From positions 20,364,248 through 20,428,247 of the forward strand of contig CM119264.1 in the NCBI GenBank assembly GCA_051294375.1: 64,000 nucleotides of DNA. Direction: 5' to 3'. A model generated the notes under the pieces. That model searched no databases, was not told where the DNA came from, and worked only from the letters and a program-made list of their open reading frames with translations. Of the stretch, positions 38,372 to 55,943 are shown in pieces; position 1 is the first letter of the stretch, and every line of letters begins with the position of its first letter. Origin of the DNA: Paraspadella gotoi (taxonomy: Eukaryota > Animalia > Chaetognatha). The translations under genes and the position numbers were made by a program.

Positions 38372-39292
38372 TATGTGACAGTATGTTAATATAAGTCTTT
38401 TCGGCTTTGCGGGAAAGACGTTTACTACAACTGACAGCATTTACAATAGGAATCTGAGCGACTTAAGCAAAAGACAATAATTATCGGTAATAAAAAGGCA
38501 GTGGCAACGCCGAAAGAGATAAAAAGAGAGATGTAAAAACTAAAACTAAGACAAAGAAAAATCCGCAGCGATGATGGCGACAGATATTTCAAATAAAAAA
38601 AACGTCTTCAAAGTCAATCCTTGCTGCCAAAAATTGCATTGAAATCGCTCTAAAAATAGAAGAAAAAACATTTTTCGGCTACTTTTCCCTTTTTCCTTTC
38701 GACAAATAAGTAAAGTGTATTCGACATATTAGACATATTTCCGATCGATTCTTTCCACCTTTCCTGATTATTTTCCTTTATCTTGTCTTATAGCTTTTAT
38801 GGAAAAATAAATTCGGGTGACATTTCCATTTTATAATTTTTCCTTCGCCTCTCCTTCCGTAATAATCACGGATTTTATGATTATTTCGTTTTTATTTTAT
38901 TTCTTTGTTTTCAGTTTCATTGCCATTTCCAGTTTCCTCCGATACTCGTCCGAATATTGTGGTTTCACTCCAGTTTTTCTCCCTCAATAGTGTATGTTCA
39001 TAATTTGTATTTTTTATAATTGTTATATTTTGCAAACTTTTCCTTACGGTATGTTTTTATATTTTAAAGGTTTTTCGTCTCTTTCGTGTACATCCCTCTT
39101 CGTTTTTATCCGGTCTCGCGGCATAAACATATACAATATCCCACGGCATGACAGCGGGTGTTTCTAATAAAAACATAAATATGAGTGTTATGGGGAACCA
39201 CTCCTTACTCTGTTTTTGTGTAAAACATTTTTTTAATTCAATTCAAAGTTCGTTTTTTTTAATCGATTTACTGATTTGGAAAACTTTTACCC

Positions 39293-39333
<41 letters not shown>

Positions 39334-39366
39334 TATGCACAAATTTTAAACCATTCTGTCAAAACG

Positions 39367-39401
39367 CTGATGAAGACTTGTAAAACAAGTCGAAACATGT
39401 C
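39367..39401 (+). ncRNA. Minimal type I hammerhead ribozyme (Penelope-associated type)
   Basis: CTGATGA-a-GACTTG taaaa CAAGTC-GAAA-CAT-GTC; short stem I AACG/TGTT; AATAAA follows. Confidence 0.8.
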
Positions 39402-40175
39402 TGTTCAACTATAAATAAAATTCGTTGCAAACAAAAACTTTGTCAATTCTCTAATCGATTTACTATAAGTTATCATTAAAACTGTAAAAAAATTGTAGTT
39501 CGACGTAATTTAAGTAATATTTATTTCCATTGAAAAGAGCAATGAGAATTCTTGCTGCTCATAAAGGCTGTAAAAGTCTACAACTTAGAGTAATGAGGAA
39601 GCCCATCTCGTTAACTGTATAACGACTCCGTCATTACTCCGCGTCAAAGGTCGAACATGGGCAAACTGCTTGACGATATTTAGTTAGGCAGCCGATGACT
39701 TTCTTAAGATCTTATAAGAGTCGATTGTCAACTCGCCCTTCGTGACATTATTATTCTCAACATTGGATATTATGGATCAACGATAAAATTCAATATTAAA
39801 AAAAATTATATTAATTTTACAATTTATGCAGTAGGCCACATTTATACTAGTACTAAACCAATAAATGTTAAAATTTCAAAACAGTTTTTTCTAATATTTT
39901 TTTTCAGATTTGGATTCGTCATAAAAAGTTGATAAAAAGAAATATAACTCTTTTTGAAAAATTCTTTCTTTAAGTGGGTCAAAAACTAGAAAAAAACTAT
40001 ATTTTAAACTAAAAATTTTCTTTTTATATTTTAAATATAGTTTTTTTAATTTTTATCCCACTTAATGAAAGAATTTTTAAAAATGATTTTGTGGTATAAT
40101 CCTTTTTTTTCGTTGTGTAATAATTAGAAGATTTGAAATGAATTTTCAACAACGATTTTATTTTAATAAAAAACG

Positions 40176-40209
40176 GACATGTTTCGGCTTAACTACAAGC
40201 CTTCATCAG
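40176..40209 (-). ncRNA. Minimal hammerhead ribozyme
   Basis: Minus strand CTGATGA-a-GGCTT gtagtt AAGCC-GAAA-CAT-GTC; stem I AATG/CGTT. Confidence 0.82.
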
Positions 40210-40636
40210 CATTAAAAAAGTTAGTGAATTTGAAACAAATTATGTGCATAAAGAAAGAGTGAGAGAGAGAGAGAGAGAGAGAGTGGGCAAAGTTTCCAAC
40301 ACAGAGTTGAGAAAGGACAGTGGTCAATTGTGAGGACAGATTAAGGTGAAACAAATAGAGCCAGTTTGTGAAAAGAAAAAGCTTTTCATGCCTTTCATTT
40401 GCACAAGCCAACAGGGGCCAGCTCACTTTGAGCTCTATCTTAACTCTTATACTTCACTATAATAATAATTGCTTAACTATCCCTCACCTCTATTTCCTTC
40501 ACATTTCAAATTTTACAATTTCATCTTCACTAACTTATTTATTCACAGTAGTTAATTGTTAACACTATTCATTAAGTTTTAAACAATATTTATCTTTGTT
40601 GTACATTGCACATTGCACAATGTATTATTTTTCAAG

Positions 40637-40690
<54 letters not shown>

Positions 40691-40789
40691 TTCAATTTCT
40701 TTTCACAAACTGGCTCTATTTGTTTCTCTCTCTCTCTCACTCTTTCTTTATGCACATGATTTGTTTCAAATTCACTAACTTTTTTAATG

Positions 40790-40823
40790 CTGATGAAGGC
40801 TTGTAGTTAAGCCGAAACATGTC
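40790..40823 (+). ncRNA. Minimal hammerhead ribozyme
   Basis: CTGATGA-a-GGCTT gtagtt AAGCC-GAAA-CAT-GTC, identical to the minus-strand copy. Confidence 0.82.
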
Positions 40824-41454
40824 CGTTTTTTATTAAAAGAAAATCGTTGTTGAAAATTCATTTCAAACTCTTCTAAAAATGATTTATATTTTCTTTTATC
40901 AACTTTTGACGAGGAATTCAAATCTGCAATCAAAATTAAGAAAAGACTATTTTGAAATTTTTCGATTTTATAAGGATAGTATTATATATAAATATAGCCT
41001 ACTGCGAAAATTAAAAAACATAAAATTATTTTTTTTTACAAATTAATGTTCATTGATAGTATGTTGTTCATAACTGACTTTTTGTATGTAACTTTCACCA
41101 CGCCTTATTGTATATACATACAAGGAAGACATGCAGATTGCGTGAGCTTCCATTATTATTCGTATATATTTTTCAATTTCCTCTAATGATGAATGATATT
41201 AAATTAATGATATTAAAAAATATTAACTCGTCGTAAATAATAAAAAAAAATTAATACGGCTCCATTTTTATTCTATTCTTCTTTGATCGTTTTTACGTCT
41301 TCATCTCATTATTTTTCAATCTTCACAATTCCTCCGGGGCTTTCTTGTCTTGTATTTGATTGCTAAGACTTTTTTTTCGAGCTTGGTTGATAATATATTT
41401 CATATATCGTGACAAAACAATCAAACGATTTCGACTTAATCGAAAAAACATGGG

Positions 41455-46140
<4,686 letters not shown>

Positions 46141-46149
46141 CTTTCTTTT

Positions 46150-46190
46150 CTCACCCTTCTCTCTCTCTCTCTCTCTCTCTTCCTCTCTCA

Positions 46191-46229
<39 letters not shown>

Positions 46230-47752
46230 CGTCTTCACTCGATCTTTTTTGTGTAAATATTTACAGTTTGGGCGGAATAGAAGATTTTCACGACCACAGT
46301 TAATAAATTAAATTTATCGGGTCCCGATCCCTGAACGGACTACGGGGTTTGTGTTTGTGTTTTCGTTTGTTTTCGTTTGAGTTTTTGTTTGTGTTTTTGT
46401 TGGTGTTTAAAGCTGTTTTGAGTTTTATGTCGTTTTACTTTTTGAATTATGATGCATTTGAGAGCGCGGTTATGTGACATCAGTGAAGTACAGTATGATT
46501 TTTCTCGTTTGTAACATTTAGTGACAGTATATCTATTAAGGCGGGCCAAAATTTATTACTTTTTATCATTAAGAGTTCTGTAATATAAAATTCATTTGTC
46601 CATCATATACTTAATCAATATTTACTATCACTTTTAAAACTAGTGAATCACAGTATAACATTAAAGCATTTAAATATTTATTAATGCATAGGCAATGAAA
46701 ACATTTTTTTGTAAAAAATTTATTTTTTAAGAACGGATTCAGATAGCCCATAAAAAGTTGTCTACACAAAGTATTATGCATTTTTCAATATTTTGATGAT
46801 AAGTGGGTCAAATAATGGAAAAACTTTTTAAAATCATCATCGTCATACTATAATTTTTATAGTTTTTGCTAATTTTAAGCAATAAAACGAAAAAATTTGG
46901 AAATTTTGTAGTATTTTTTATATCTACCCGAATCCGTTTTTAAAAATTCTGATTTTGAAAAAGAAGCATTTAAAGTTTATTGTATTACTATAATATCAAG
47001 AAAATATTTTTTCAAAATCAGAATTTTAAAAAACGGATTTCGGGTAGATATAAAAATACTACAAAATTTCAAATTTTTTCGTTTTATTGCTTAAAATTAG
47101 CAAAAACTATAAAAATTATAGTATGACGATGATGATGATGATTTTAAAAAGTTTTTCCATTATTTGACGCCCACTTATCATCATAAAATATTGAAAATGC
47201 ATAATACTTTGTGTAGCAAATTTTTATGGGCTATCTGAATCCGTTCTTTAAAAAATAAATTTTTTACAAAAAAAATGTTTCATTGCCTATGCATTAATAA
47301 ATATGTTAAAATGCTTTAATGTTATAACTGTGATTCACTAGTTTTTAAAAGGATAGTAAAATATTGATTAAGTATATGATGGACAAATGAATTTTATATT
47401 ACAGAACTCTTAATGATAAAAAGTAATAATTTTGGCCCGCCTTAATAGATATCTGTCACTAAATGTTACAAACGAGAAAATCATACTGTACTTCACTGAT
47501 GTCACATAACCGCGCTCTCAAATGCATCATAATTCAAAAAGTAAAACGACATAAAACTCAAAACAGCTTTAAACACCAACAAAAAACAAGCAAACAAAAA
47601 CTCAAACGAAAACAAACGAAAACACAAACACAAACCCCGTAGTCCGTTCAGGGATGGGACCGATAAATTTAATTTATTAACATGTGGTCGTGAAAATCTT
47701 CTATTCCGCCAACTGTAATAATTTTACACAAAAAAAGATCGGGGGAGTGAAG

Positions 47753-47815
<63 letters not shown>

Positions 47816-47820
47816 ATCTG
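46150..47820. other. ~1.7-kb near-perfect palindrome centred near 46995 (includes a TAAGGCG MITE end at 46537) abutting a 25-N gap; probable fold-back artefact
   Basis: Unique flanking sequence is mirrored beyond the MITE terminus, and the arm differences are single-base indels. Confidence 0.75.
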
Positions 47821-47926
47821 NNNNNNNNNNNNNNNNNNNNNNNNNTGCTTCTATGTTATTAACTATATACAAAATCTTAAATTTTTAAAAAATTTATCAT
47901 CCCACAGGGAAGCTCTAACGTTATTT

Positions 47927-48095
47927 ATGAAATTGGTACAACCAATATAAAAATTATCCATTCATTTAATAAATAAGCTATCTTGCCCCTGACTTTGGAC
48001 AGGCTTTGGTGGTTTAAGGCCTCCATCACTCTTACAAGATAATAACATAGCAGGTCCCTGCAAGCTTTCAATCAAGACTCTCTCACAGAACTCTT
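47927..48095 (-). repeat. Family H copy
   Basis: Reverse-complement match to 2884-3007. Confidence 0.8.
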
Positions 48096-49011
48096 AGTTT
48101 TTACTTTGTTCCGCCCTAATATCAATGCAACCCTAAAATTTAAAAATATTAATGACAGTCGGTTTTGATAGTCTCTGTTTAGCATTTTATATGATATATA
48201 ATACAACATATTTGTAATGAGTCTTCTTTATTTAATGACTGTCTATTAAGAGGAGGTCAATGAAACTTCATCAATACAATTTTCCAATTTTTTTCAGATG
48301 ATTAAAAAGTACTTAAAAATAAAGCGAAAATAAATATGAGGTAATGAATATGTAGCATTTTTTTTCTTCTTTAAAATGAAATAAAATTTCAGTTAATCTA
48401 AATATCAAAATACCACTGAGAGCTAAAAAATATAAATCAAGAGTATTAAAAAAGTTGTTAAGCATTAGTCATATTATTTTTCAAAGCACAAAAACAAAAC
48501 AAAGTTTTAAAGAATAAAAAATAGAATATTTTAAGTTACGTATTTAATAAAATTCTTTAAATTTTATATTAACTATGAATTTTTTAAATTAAAAAAAAAT
48601 TTAAATCAGATTACGTTTTATAAAAAAATCATCTTATTATTCTGAAAAGTTACTAAGCATCTAAGCATTAAATAAATATGAAATCTATACCACATTGAAG
48701 AGCAGGTAAAATCAGAGATGTGGAAGCGATCGATTTTCCACCGCTGCCAATCCGGCGCTTCCCGAGACCCCTCCCGCTCCCGATTTCGAGTGTAATCCCT
48801 ACCTTTTTAGCCCGGATCGCTTTCGGTTTCGAGTGCACATTGCTTCCTTCCTTTAGAAATTTTATATTTGTTATTATATATATAAATACTTTCTTTAGTC
48901 ATACAATTCATTGGTAGAATAATTTTAAACAATTTTTTTTATTTACAAATAATAAGTGAAATTTTAATTAGACTTGTTTTAACTTTTTAAAGTCTTTTAC
49001 TATATAATGTT

Positions 49012-49634
49012 GTGTTTGAAATTTAAAAAAAAATTGAAATATGTTTTCAACAATGATTTTTAATTTTCATAAAAAAATGGACAATTACAATTCAAGCCGC
49101 CTTCAGCATTAAGAGTTTGTAAAAATATTGGCAATTTTTTTGCAAAAGAAGCGAGAAAGAGAGGCAAAAAATTTTTAATACAGAGTTCAGAAAAGGATAG
49201 TAGTCAGAAGTGAGGACAGACAGAGTGAGTTTTTGAAAAGAAGTGAAAATGGTCGGAGAGAGAAAGAGAGACAGTTGGTAAATAATACATTTTGTAATGT
49301 CATTTTATCTTTGTTGTATATAACTAAATATATTATTTACCAATTGTCTCTCACTCTATCCCTCTCTCTCTCTGACCATTTTTTCTTCTTTTTAAAACTT
49401 ACTCTATCTGCCTTTCAGCCTGTCCTCACTTCTGTCTACTATTATTTTCTCAACTTTATATTAGAAACTTGTTGCCCTCTCTCTCTCTCTTTCTATCTTT
49501 CTTCTTTTGAACATAATTTGCAAATAATTTCACAAATTCTTAACGCTGATAAAAGCTTGAATTGAAAGCCAAAACATGTCCATTTTTCTATGAAAAATAA
49601 AAATTGTTATTAAAAACATATTTAAAACTTTTTT
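49012..49634 (-). mobile_element. Decayed Penelope-like inverted pLTR insert
   Basis: Inverted arms similar to 40090-40873; decayed hammerhead CTGATAA...CAAAACATGTC at ~49546-49580; candidate TSD CTAT(A/G)TAATGTT. Confidence 0.6.
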
Positions 49635-52626
49635 CTATGTAATGTTAAATTTTTTTAAAAGTATTTGATAGAGAGAGTCTCTTTATATTTTTATCTTTCT
49701 CTTTCGCTCTCTCTCTCTTGCTCTTAGTAGCATATAGTTATTCTCTGTTTATTTATTTTTGAAAAAATATATAAATATTTATATAAAAAAAGATAAAAAA
49801 AGAGATCTAAAAAATAAAAGAAAGCTTTTTTGAAAAATAATTCCTTAATTTCTTTTGAACTTTTGTTAACCATTAAAAATTAACCTAATGCCAAATTTAA
49901 TTTTATATTAAAACCAAATTCCGAAACTCGATCCCAAACCTTTTTCGATATTATTTTTATATTTTTGGATAGAGAATATCTGCAATAATATAAATCTTAA
50001 GTTACGTCTAAATTGGCCAATGGGTTTAGAAGAAATCGACCAAAAACAACCAAAATTCCACCCCTTTTTTTTAACATGTTCGCCTTATAAGATTATTGCC
50101 GATTCTGACTTCCTCTTACAAACTTTATTTCCGCTAGTTAATTTTTTTTCCTTAAACGAAAGAAAGGAATTCATAACTTTCTATTATTTTATAACTTATG
50201 GGTATTGTGATTAAACTTTCTTTCGTTGTGTTTTAGATAATTGTCTTTAGTTTCAATTAACTTATGGGTAAAAAAATATGATAAATTACATTATAATGAT
50301 ATTATTATATTATTATAATTTTTATATTGGTTGTACCAATTTCATTAACATTGGGTTATTATGAAAGTGTAATGTCTTGTGAAGACTGTGAGAGTTAAAT
50401 AATTAAAAAATTCGCCTATTTTATTATTGAAAACTAACATTAAACATCCTTGTTCTCTAACATAAAATAATGTTTACTTTTTGCTGGTAGAAAAGAAAGA
50501 TAAATGTGATGGGGTGAATAATATTTTTTAGAATTTTTTAAACATGCTTGTAAAATCAGACAAGCAAATATTTAAATAAAAAAAATTATATTTTACTAAA
50601 GTTTTACTAAAGTATAATTTATCTTTTTTTCTTTCAGAATCACTAAAAAGAATTTAATTTTCATTTATTTTTATGGGGTATCATTAGTTTTAAATTCATT
50701 ATAATTTTGACTTAGTTTGACACTCACCCTGTAAAGAAGTTTCAGCAAAAATAATTCTAAAATTGTATCTTGTATGTGCCCTATGATTATGGCTTCATTT
50801 TGGTACTATTTCCATCCCTTTATCTTTGTTCCTTCAAAAGATATGAGGAAAAATCAGTTTTTTCTCTCAACCTTTCTTTTACTTTTTTTTTAAATAAAAA
50901 TTTCGCGATAAAAACTGGACCAATTTACTTTACCATGGTGGTTTATTATGAAAAAATTGGTCAATAATAAAAAGAAAAAAAAGTCGAGCTCTAGGGACAC
51001 AAGGCTTTTGGAATCTCATAATTTGAAGTACCATTTATAATGCTAACATACCGTAATCCCGTTTGTAATTTTAAAAAAGTGAAATTTCCCTTTCTTTTCT
51101 ATAGTAAAAATGAGGTTAGAAAATTCTCCAGAGATGAGTAGTCCATTTCTCCTGCCTTGTTTGATAATAAAATCTTTTTCAAATGCCACAAGAATAAAAA
51201 GTCAAGCTCTTGAGATGCAACGCTATCGGAATCGTGCGTTTTTATAACTGTTTTCTACCAGAATTTATCCCAATATCGTTTGTAAAGTTGGGCAGTCAGA
51301 TTCGAACGGAAATCTCTATTAAAAAAATGAATTTTTTTTTAAGCAAGATTTTTAGTCGGATCTGCTTATCAGCAGATCCCGACTCTATAACTCTACTTTT
51401 TATAACTCACTTTGTCGTTCCGTCGGTCCGCCCGCCTCAATATTGTCGGCCACACACTTATATCATGGTCAGAACAGTCGAATTAGATGTAAATTAATGC
51501 AAAAAAAATGCATGGTTCCGTCTGGTGTCGTCCAGTCCGTCTCGTCCGTCGTCGTCCGTCCGTCCGTCCGTCGCGTCCGTCCTCCGGTGCCCGTCCACGT
51601 TAGCAAAAACACCAATTACTCGTGGTTATTGGATGTGGATGGATTTAAATGAAAATTTTGTGTGTGGATAGGTAAGTGTGTGATTGAGCTGGATATGAAA
51701 GTTTCGAATGGAATCGTTCCGAGTGGAAGATGAGTTTTAAATGGAAAAAACAAAAAGAAACACTATGATTCACATATCTTGGAATCAACCAATTGTGTCA
51801 TGAGTGGAAGGGCTGAATTGACCTGCCAATTTTGATATGTTGGGTAGGAGAAGTGTGTGATTGAACAGGAAATCAGAGTTTCGATGGAATAGTTTGATGG
51901 AAATTGAGTTTAAATGGGAAAAAATACAAAAAACCTGTTTTAGACTAATTGATTATGCTTGCTCTTTTTTCTTTTATAGTTAAATGTATCTGCAGGATAT
52001 GTATTGAATAAAGTCAAATAATTGTACCAGTGTGTACAATTAATTGTATATAAATTAATCAATAATTACATTTTTAATATAGTCTCAATCAAATCCGATC
52101 CCATCCGTGCCCATCTTTTAGCAAAAAGCTCATAACTCGTGATTGGCTGGTTGGATTGGGAATTAAATTTTTGTGTGTGGGTTAGGAAAGTGGTGTGATA
52201 AAGCTGGGATATAAAATTTCGATGGAATCGGTGTGGAGTGAAATTAGTTTAAATGAAAAAACATAAGTCGAATTTACTAAAATCTTTTTATTAGATTAAT
52301 TTTAAACAAGTAAAATACTCCAATTTAATCAATAATTGGATGGATAGATTGAGTTGAAATTTCTGTGTGTGGGTAGGAAAACGTATGACGAAGCTTGATA
52401 TAAAGTTTCAGTGGAAACGTACCAGTGGAAATGGTTTAAGATGAAAAAAATATGAAGGTCAAATTTACTTGAATCTTTGTTATTTATTTATAACCCATGA
52501 TAGATTGAGATGAAATTTTTGTGAGCCGATAGGAAAGTGAGGTGAAAGAAGCTAGAATAGTAAAGTTTTGACGCGAATGCAAGTTGAAAAAATTATGTGC
52601 AAGTTGAAAAAATGATGCACAGTTAA

Positions 52627-52667
52627 AAAAATCTTAAAAGCATAAGGATCCGTCATATTGCATAAAA

Positions 52668-52698
<31 letters not shown>

Positions 52699-53093
52699 GA
52701 GAGAGAGAGAGAGAGTGAGAGAGAGAAGAGAGAGAGTGAGAGAGAGAGAGCAGGAAGGAGACATAAAATAAAAAACTCTTAAAATGACTCAAGAATCGAG
52801 CCAGAGCCACTATCATAGAAAATTAATGAAAAACACGCGGGAAAAAAAACGAAAATGAATCATGCGAATAACGAATTGTTGATGTACTAAGTATTGATGG
52901 GTAATACTATTGATTGATGTAATAGTATTTCTTATTGATGTAATAGGAATTGATTATTGATTCGATGATAATCACATATTATTGTATCACGCGATGATAG
53001 TCATTCAGTCTGCTGGTGATGATAGTCAATAAAAACAAACAAATGCAGTGTATGACGTGAAAGAGAGAGAGAGAGAGAGAGAGAAGGAGCAAT

Positions 53094-53139
<46 letters not shown>

Positions 53140-53157
53140 AGAGAGAGAAGAAGAGAG

Positions 53158-53192
<35 letters not shown>

Positions 53193-53649
53193 GAGAAGAA
53201 GAGAATAAATCCACGAAAATCTCGGATGAAAATAATGGGATTTTGTATTGAAAAAGCGCGGAATAAATGGCAATAATAAAAAGTTTTTAGAAGGAAAAAA
53301 ATAATCAGAATTTTTTCAAAAAAACAAACGATCACGGCAAAAAGATCGGACAGATAGGGACAGACACACACAGAGAGACAGAGAGACAGAGAGAGAGAGA
53401 GAAAAAGAGAGAGAGAGAGAGACAGCGCTGCAGAGAAAAAGAGAAAGAGAAGAGCGATAATATAATAATTAAAAGAGAGAGAGAGAGAGAAGCTCTACAG
53501 CCCTTTACTCGTTAAAAAATCAGCAGTACTTATGGCGCCGCACGTAGCGTGAGCTTATTCTCTACCCAAAGGACCCGGGTTCGTGCCCTGTCCGCGGCAT
53601 CATTTTTACATTAGTGAACCCACATTATATCTAAAAATTTTTTTGTAAA

Positions 53650-53702
<53 letters not shown>

Positions 53703-54005
53703 AGCTGGACAGACGCTGCAGAGCGCGGAACTCGGTTTTTAGAAAGAAGCAGTGACGGAGAAAAGAGAAGAACGAGAGAGCGACATATAATTAAAACGTT
53801 TTGTTTGTAAATAAAACATAACAAATACCAATATTGATATGAACATGAGAATTTTAAAGATCTTGATGATTAGAAGCCATATTATGAAAAATTCAACTCC
53901 CTATGATATCACACTTTCAAGAAGCCATGATTGCAAAAAAGCGAGACCGAAAGCTAAACCGAAAAAAAATCTAGACAGGACGGGCTTTGCCCGCCTGGCT
54001 CGATA
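52627..54005 (-). mobile_element. HINE family B copy (minus strand, degraded/noisy)
   Basis: AATCTTAAAAGCATAAGGATC (3' end) and GGCTCGATAA (5' end); internal reverse-complement matches to family B modules. Confidence 0.75.
53536..53599 (+). pseudogene. tRNA-derived remnant (pseudogene or SINE head)
   Basis: GCCGC...GCGGCA acceptor-like stem, TAGCGTGAG A-box-like motif, CCCGGGTTCGTGCCC T-arm-like motif. Confidence 0.35.
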
Positions 54006-55943
54006 ATAGAGGATATTTGTTTGTTTTTGATAAAATGTAAACAAACATTTAATAACTGTCCTGACTCAAATTTTAAGGACATCGATGATGACAAGCTGAA
54101 TATAAATTATAATTAATCTATATTAATTAATTAATTATTAATTAATCTATTAATTTAATTAAATCTATTATTAATTAATTAATTATTATTAATTAATTAA
54201 TTAATCAATTAATTAATTAATTATCGTAGGCAGATCCGACATTGTTTGCTCAAACTTGTTTTTTTACAAATAAATTGACGAAACAGAATGAAGTAATTTA
54301 TATAGTTCTATCTACCTCTGGCTCCTGATTCCTTTCTGTTTTTTCTAACAGATAATAAACCATAATAAACCATAATATCATTGAATGATGCTTGATGCAT
54401 CATATAAAATCTTATATATTTTTTTTCTATTTAATTTTTAATAAATTAAGAAAGAAAGAGCGTGATATGATTTAAATTCAACATTTTCTCTTTCTTTCTC
54501 TCAAGCATGGATATTTATTTAAATTATGAATGTTTAATTTATTGATTGACTAGCTCATTTATTTTTTATTTAATAATTTTTATTTATTTATTTTATAATC
54601 TTTTCATTTTTTTAAATTTTTTTTTGTTTAGTGTGAGAGGGGAAGATAAAGAAAGAGAGAGAGAGAGTTAGAGATATAAGTATGTATAATTATAATAAAA
54701 TAGTTAAAAAAACATCGACCTATATCTTTTTTATCTTTTCCTTTTTATTATGCAATATTACCAAGACAGATCAATAATTTTTACTCAAACTTGTTTGTAA
54801 CATGAAAAACCTTATGGATTTTAAAAAATATATATATTTTTAAATTTAAAGAAAAACAAAATACAATATAAAATTCTATATAAATTCTATAAAACTAAAA
54901 ATCTTTAATTTACATTTTAATTTAACTTATAATTATTTTTATTACCCAAAATATATTTCCAGACAAAAAACCTTTTCTTCTGCTTTTTTTATTTCCACCG
55001 GCATCTTGCGCCCTCTCAAAACATCTTTACTTACCAAAACAAAAGAAAATCCAAAGCATTGCCAGGCGAGTTTTGTTTAGATATTTCATATAACAGAACT
55101 TTTAATAATTAAAATGTAATAGGTTTTAACCCACTTTACTTTTTTTATGTTTGTTTTTACTTATTTTTGTTTTTTTTACTTACTTTCTTTTTTCATATAT
55201 TAAATACTTTTTTTTTCTTTATTCCTTTTTTCTTTTTTTCTTTCTTTCTTTTTCTTTCTTTCTTTCCTTATCTTTTTTTACTTTTTTCATTTAAATTTAA
55301 AAATATATTCTAAAGAATAATTAAAAAAATATGTAATCTTCTATAATGATGCTCGACCCAAGAGTAAGAGAAAAAGAAAGGAAAGAAAAAAATAAAAAAA
55401 GAGAATATATGAATAAAAAAAATTAAAAGCAAAACATTTTAAATATTAAAAACAAATTACAAAAAGAAAAATTCAGAAAAACAGAGGGGAAATAAGAAAA
55501 AAAAATAAAGAAAGAGAGGGCAGGGGGTTGCAAAGGTTTTAATACATTAAATGCTCTTCTTTTTTAAACAAAAACAAATGATCAGGAAGCGAACACGCAT
55601 GGTTATTATAGCTTCCGGGTTCAATCCCTTATTCTCAATTTTTCTATTGCTCCCGGTTTCGCGTTCCTCAAAAATCGGCTGCTTCCACAGTGTTCGCTTA
55701 CGCATTCCGGATCGCGTCCACATCTCTGGGTAAAATGCTACATTTTGCATACTATATCCTTTAAATTTAACAAAGTTTTGATTGGTTGTGACTACGTGAA
55801 ACATTTAAAGGTAAAAACATTATAAGTTGATCGATAAATATAATTAGTTCATTGGGGCCTAGAAGTTAATACTAAAGACTTATTAGAATTATGTAAAAAT
55901 TGATCGATCTAAAAATGCCAGACGGCGGGTTATAAAATGAGCC

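Larger units (their letters stand above)
40090..40873 (-). mobile_element. Penelope-like non-autonomous insert: tail + pLTR + inverted pLTR
   Basis: 12-bp TSD TAAAAATGATTT (single in the empty site at ~36610); near-identical inverted arms at 40126-40376 and 40697-40873; ~36-bp unpaired tail; one hammerhead per arm. Confidence 0.82.
39795..41107. mobile_element. hAT-type MITE family E copy (left end not found), interrupted by a Penelope-like insert
   Basis: Collinear with 36330-36900 once 40090-40885 is removed; ends TTTCACCACGCCTTA. Confidence 0.8.
51352..54260 (+). mobile_element. HINE family A copy with a nested family B copy
   Basis: TTTAGTCGGATCTGC start, GTCC tract, subrepeats, ends GCAGATCCGACATTGTTTGCTCAAACTTGTT; the sequence is indel-noisy. 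Confidence 0.8.

Noticed and set aside
46537-47453. Intact MITE with perfect ~450-bp TIRs
   Set aside because: The mirroring extends ~300 bp into flanking sequence and there is no direct TSD, so the right arm is likely a fold-back copy of the left.
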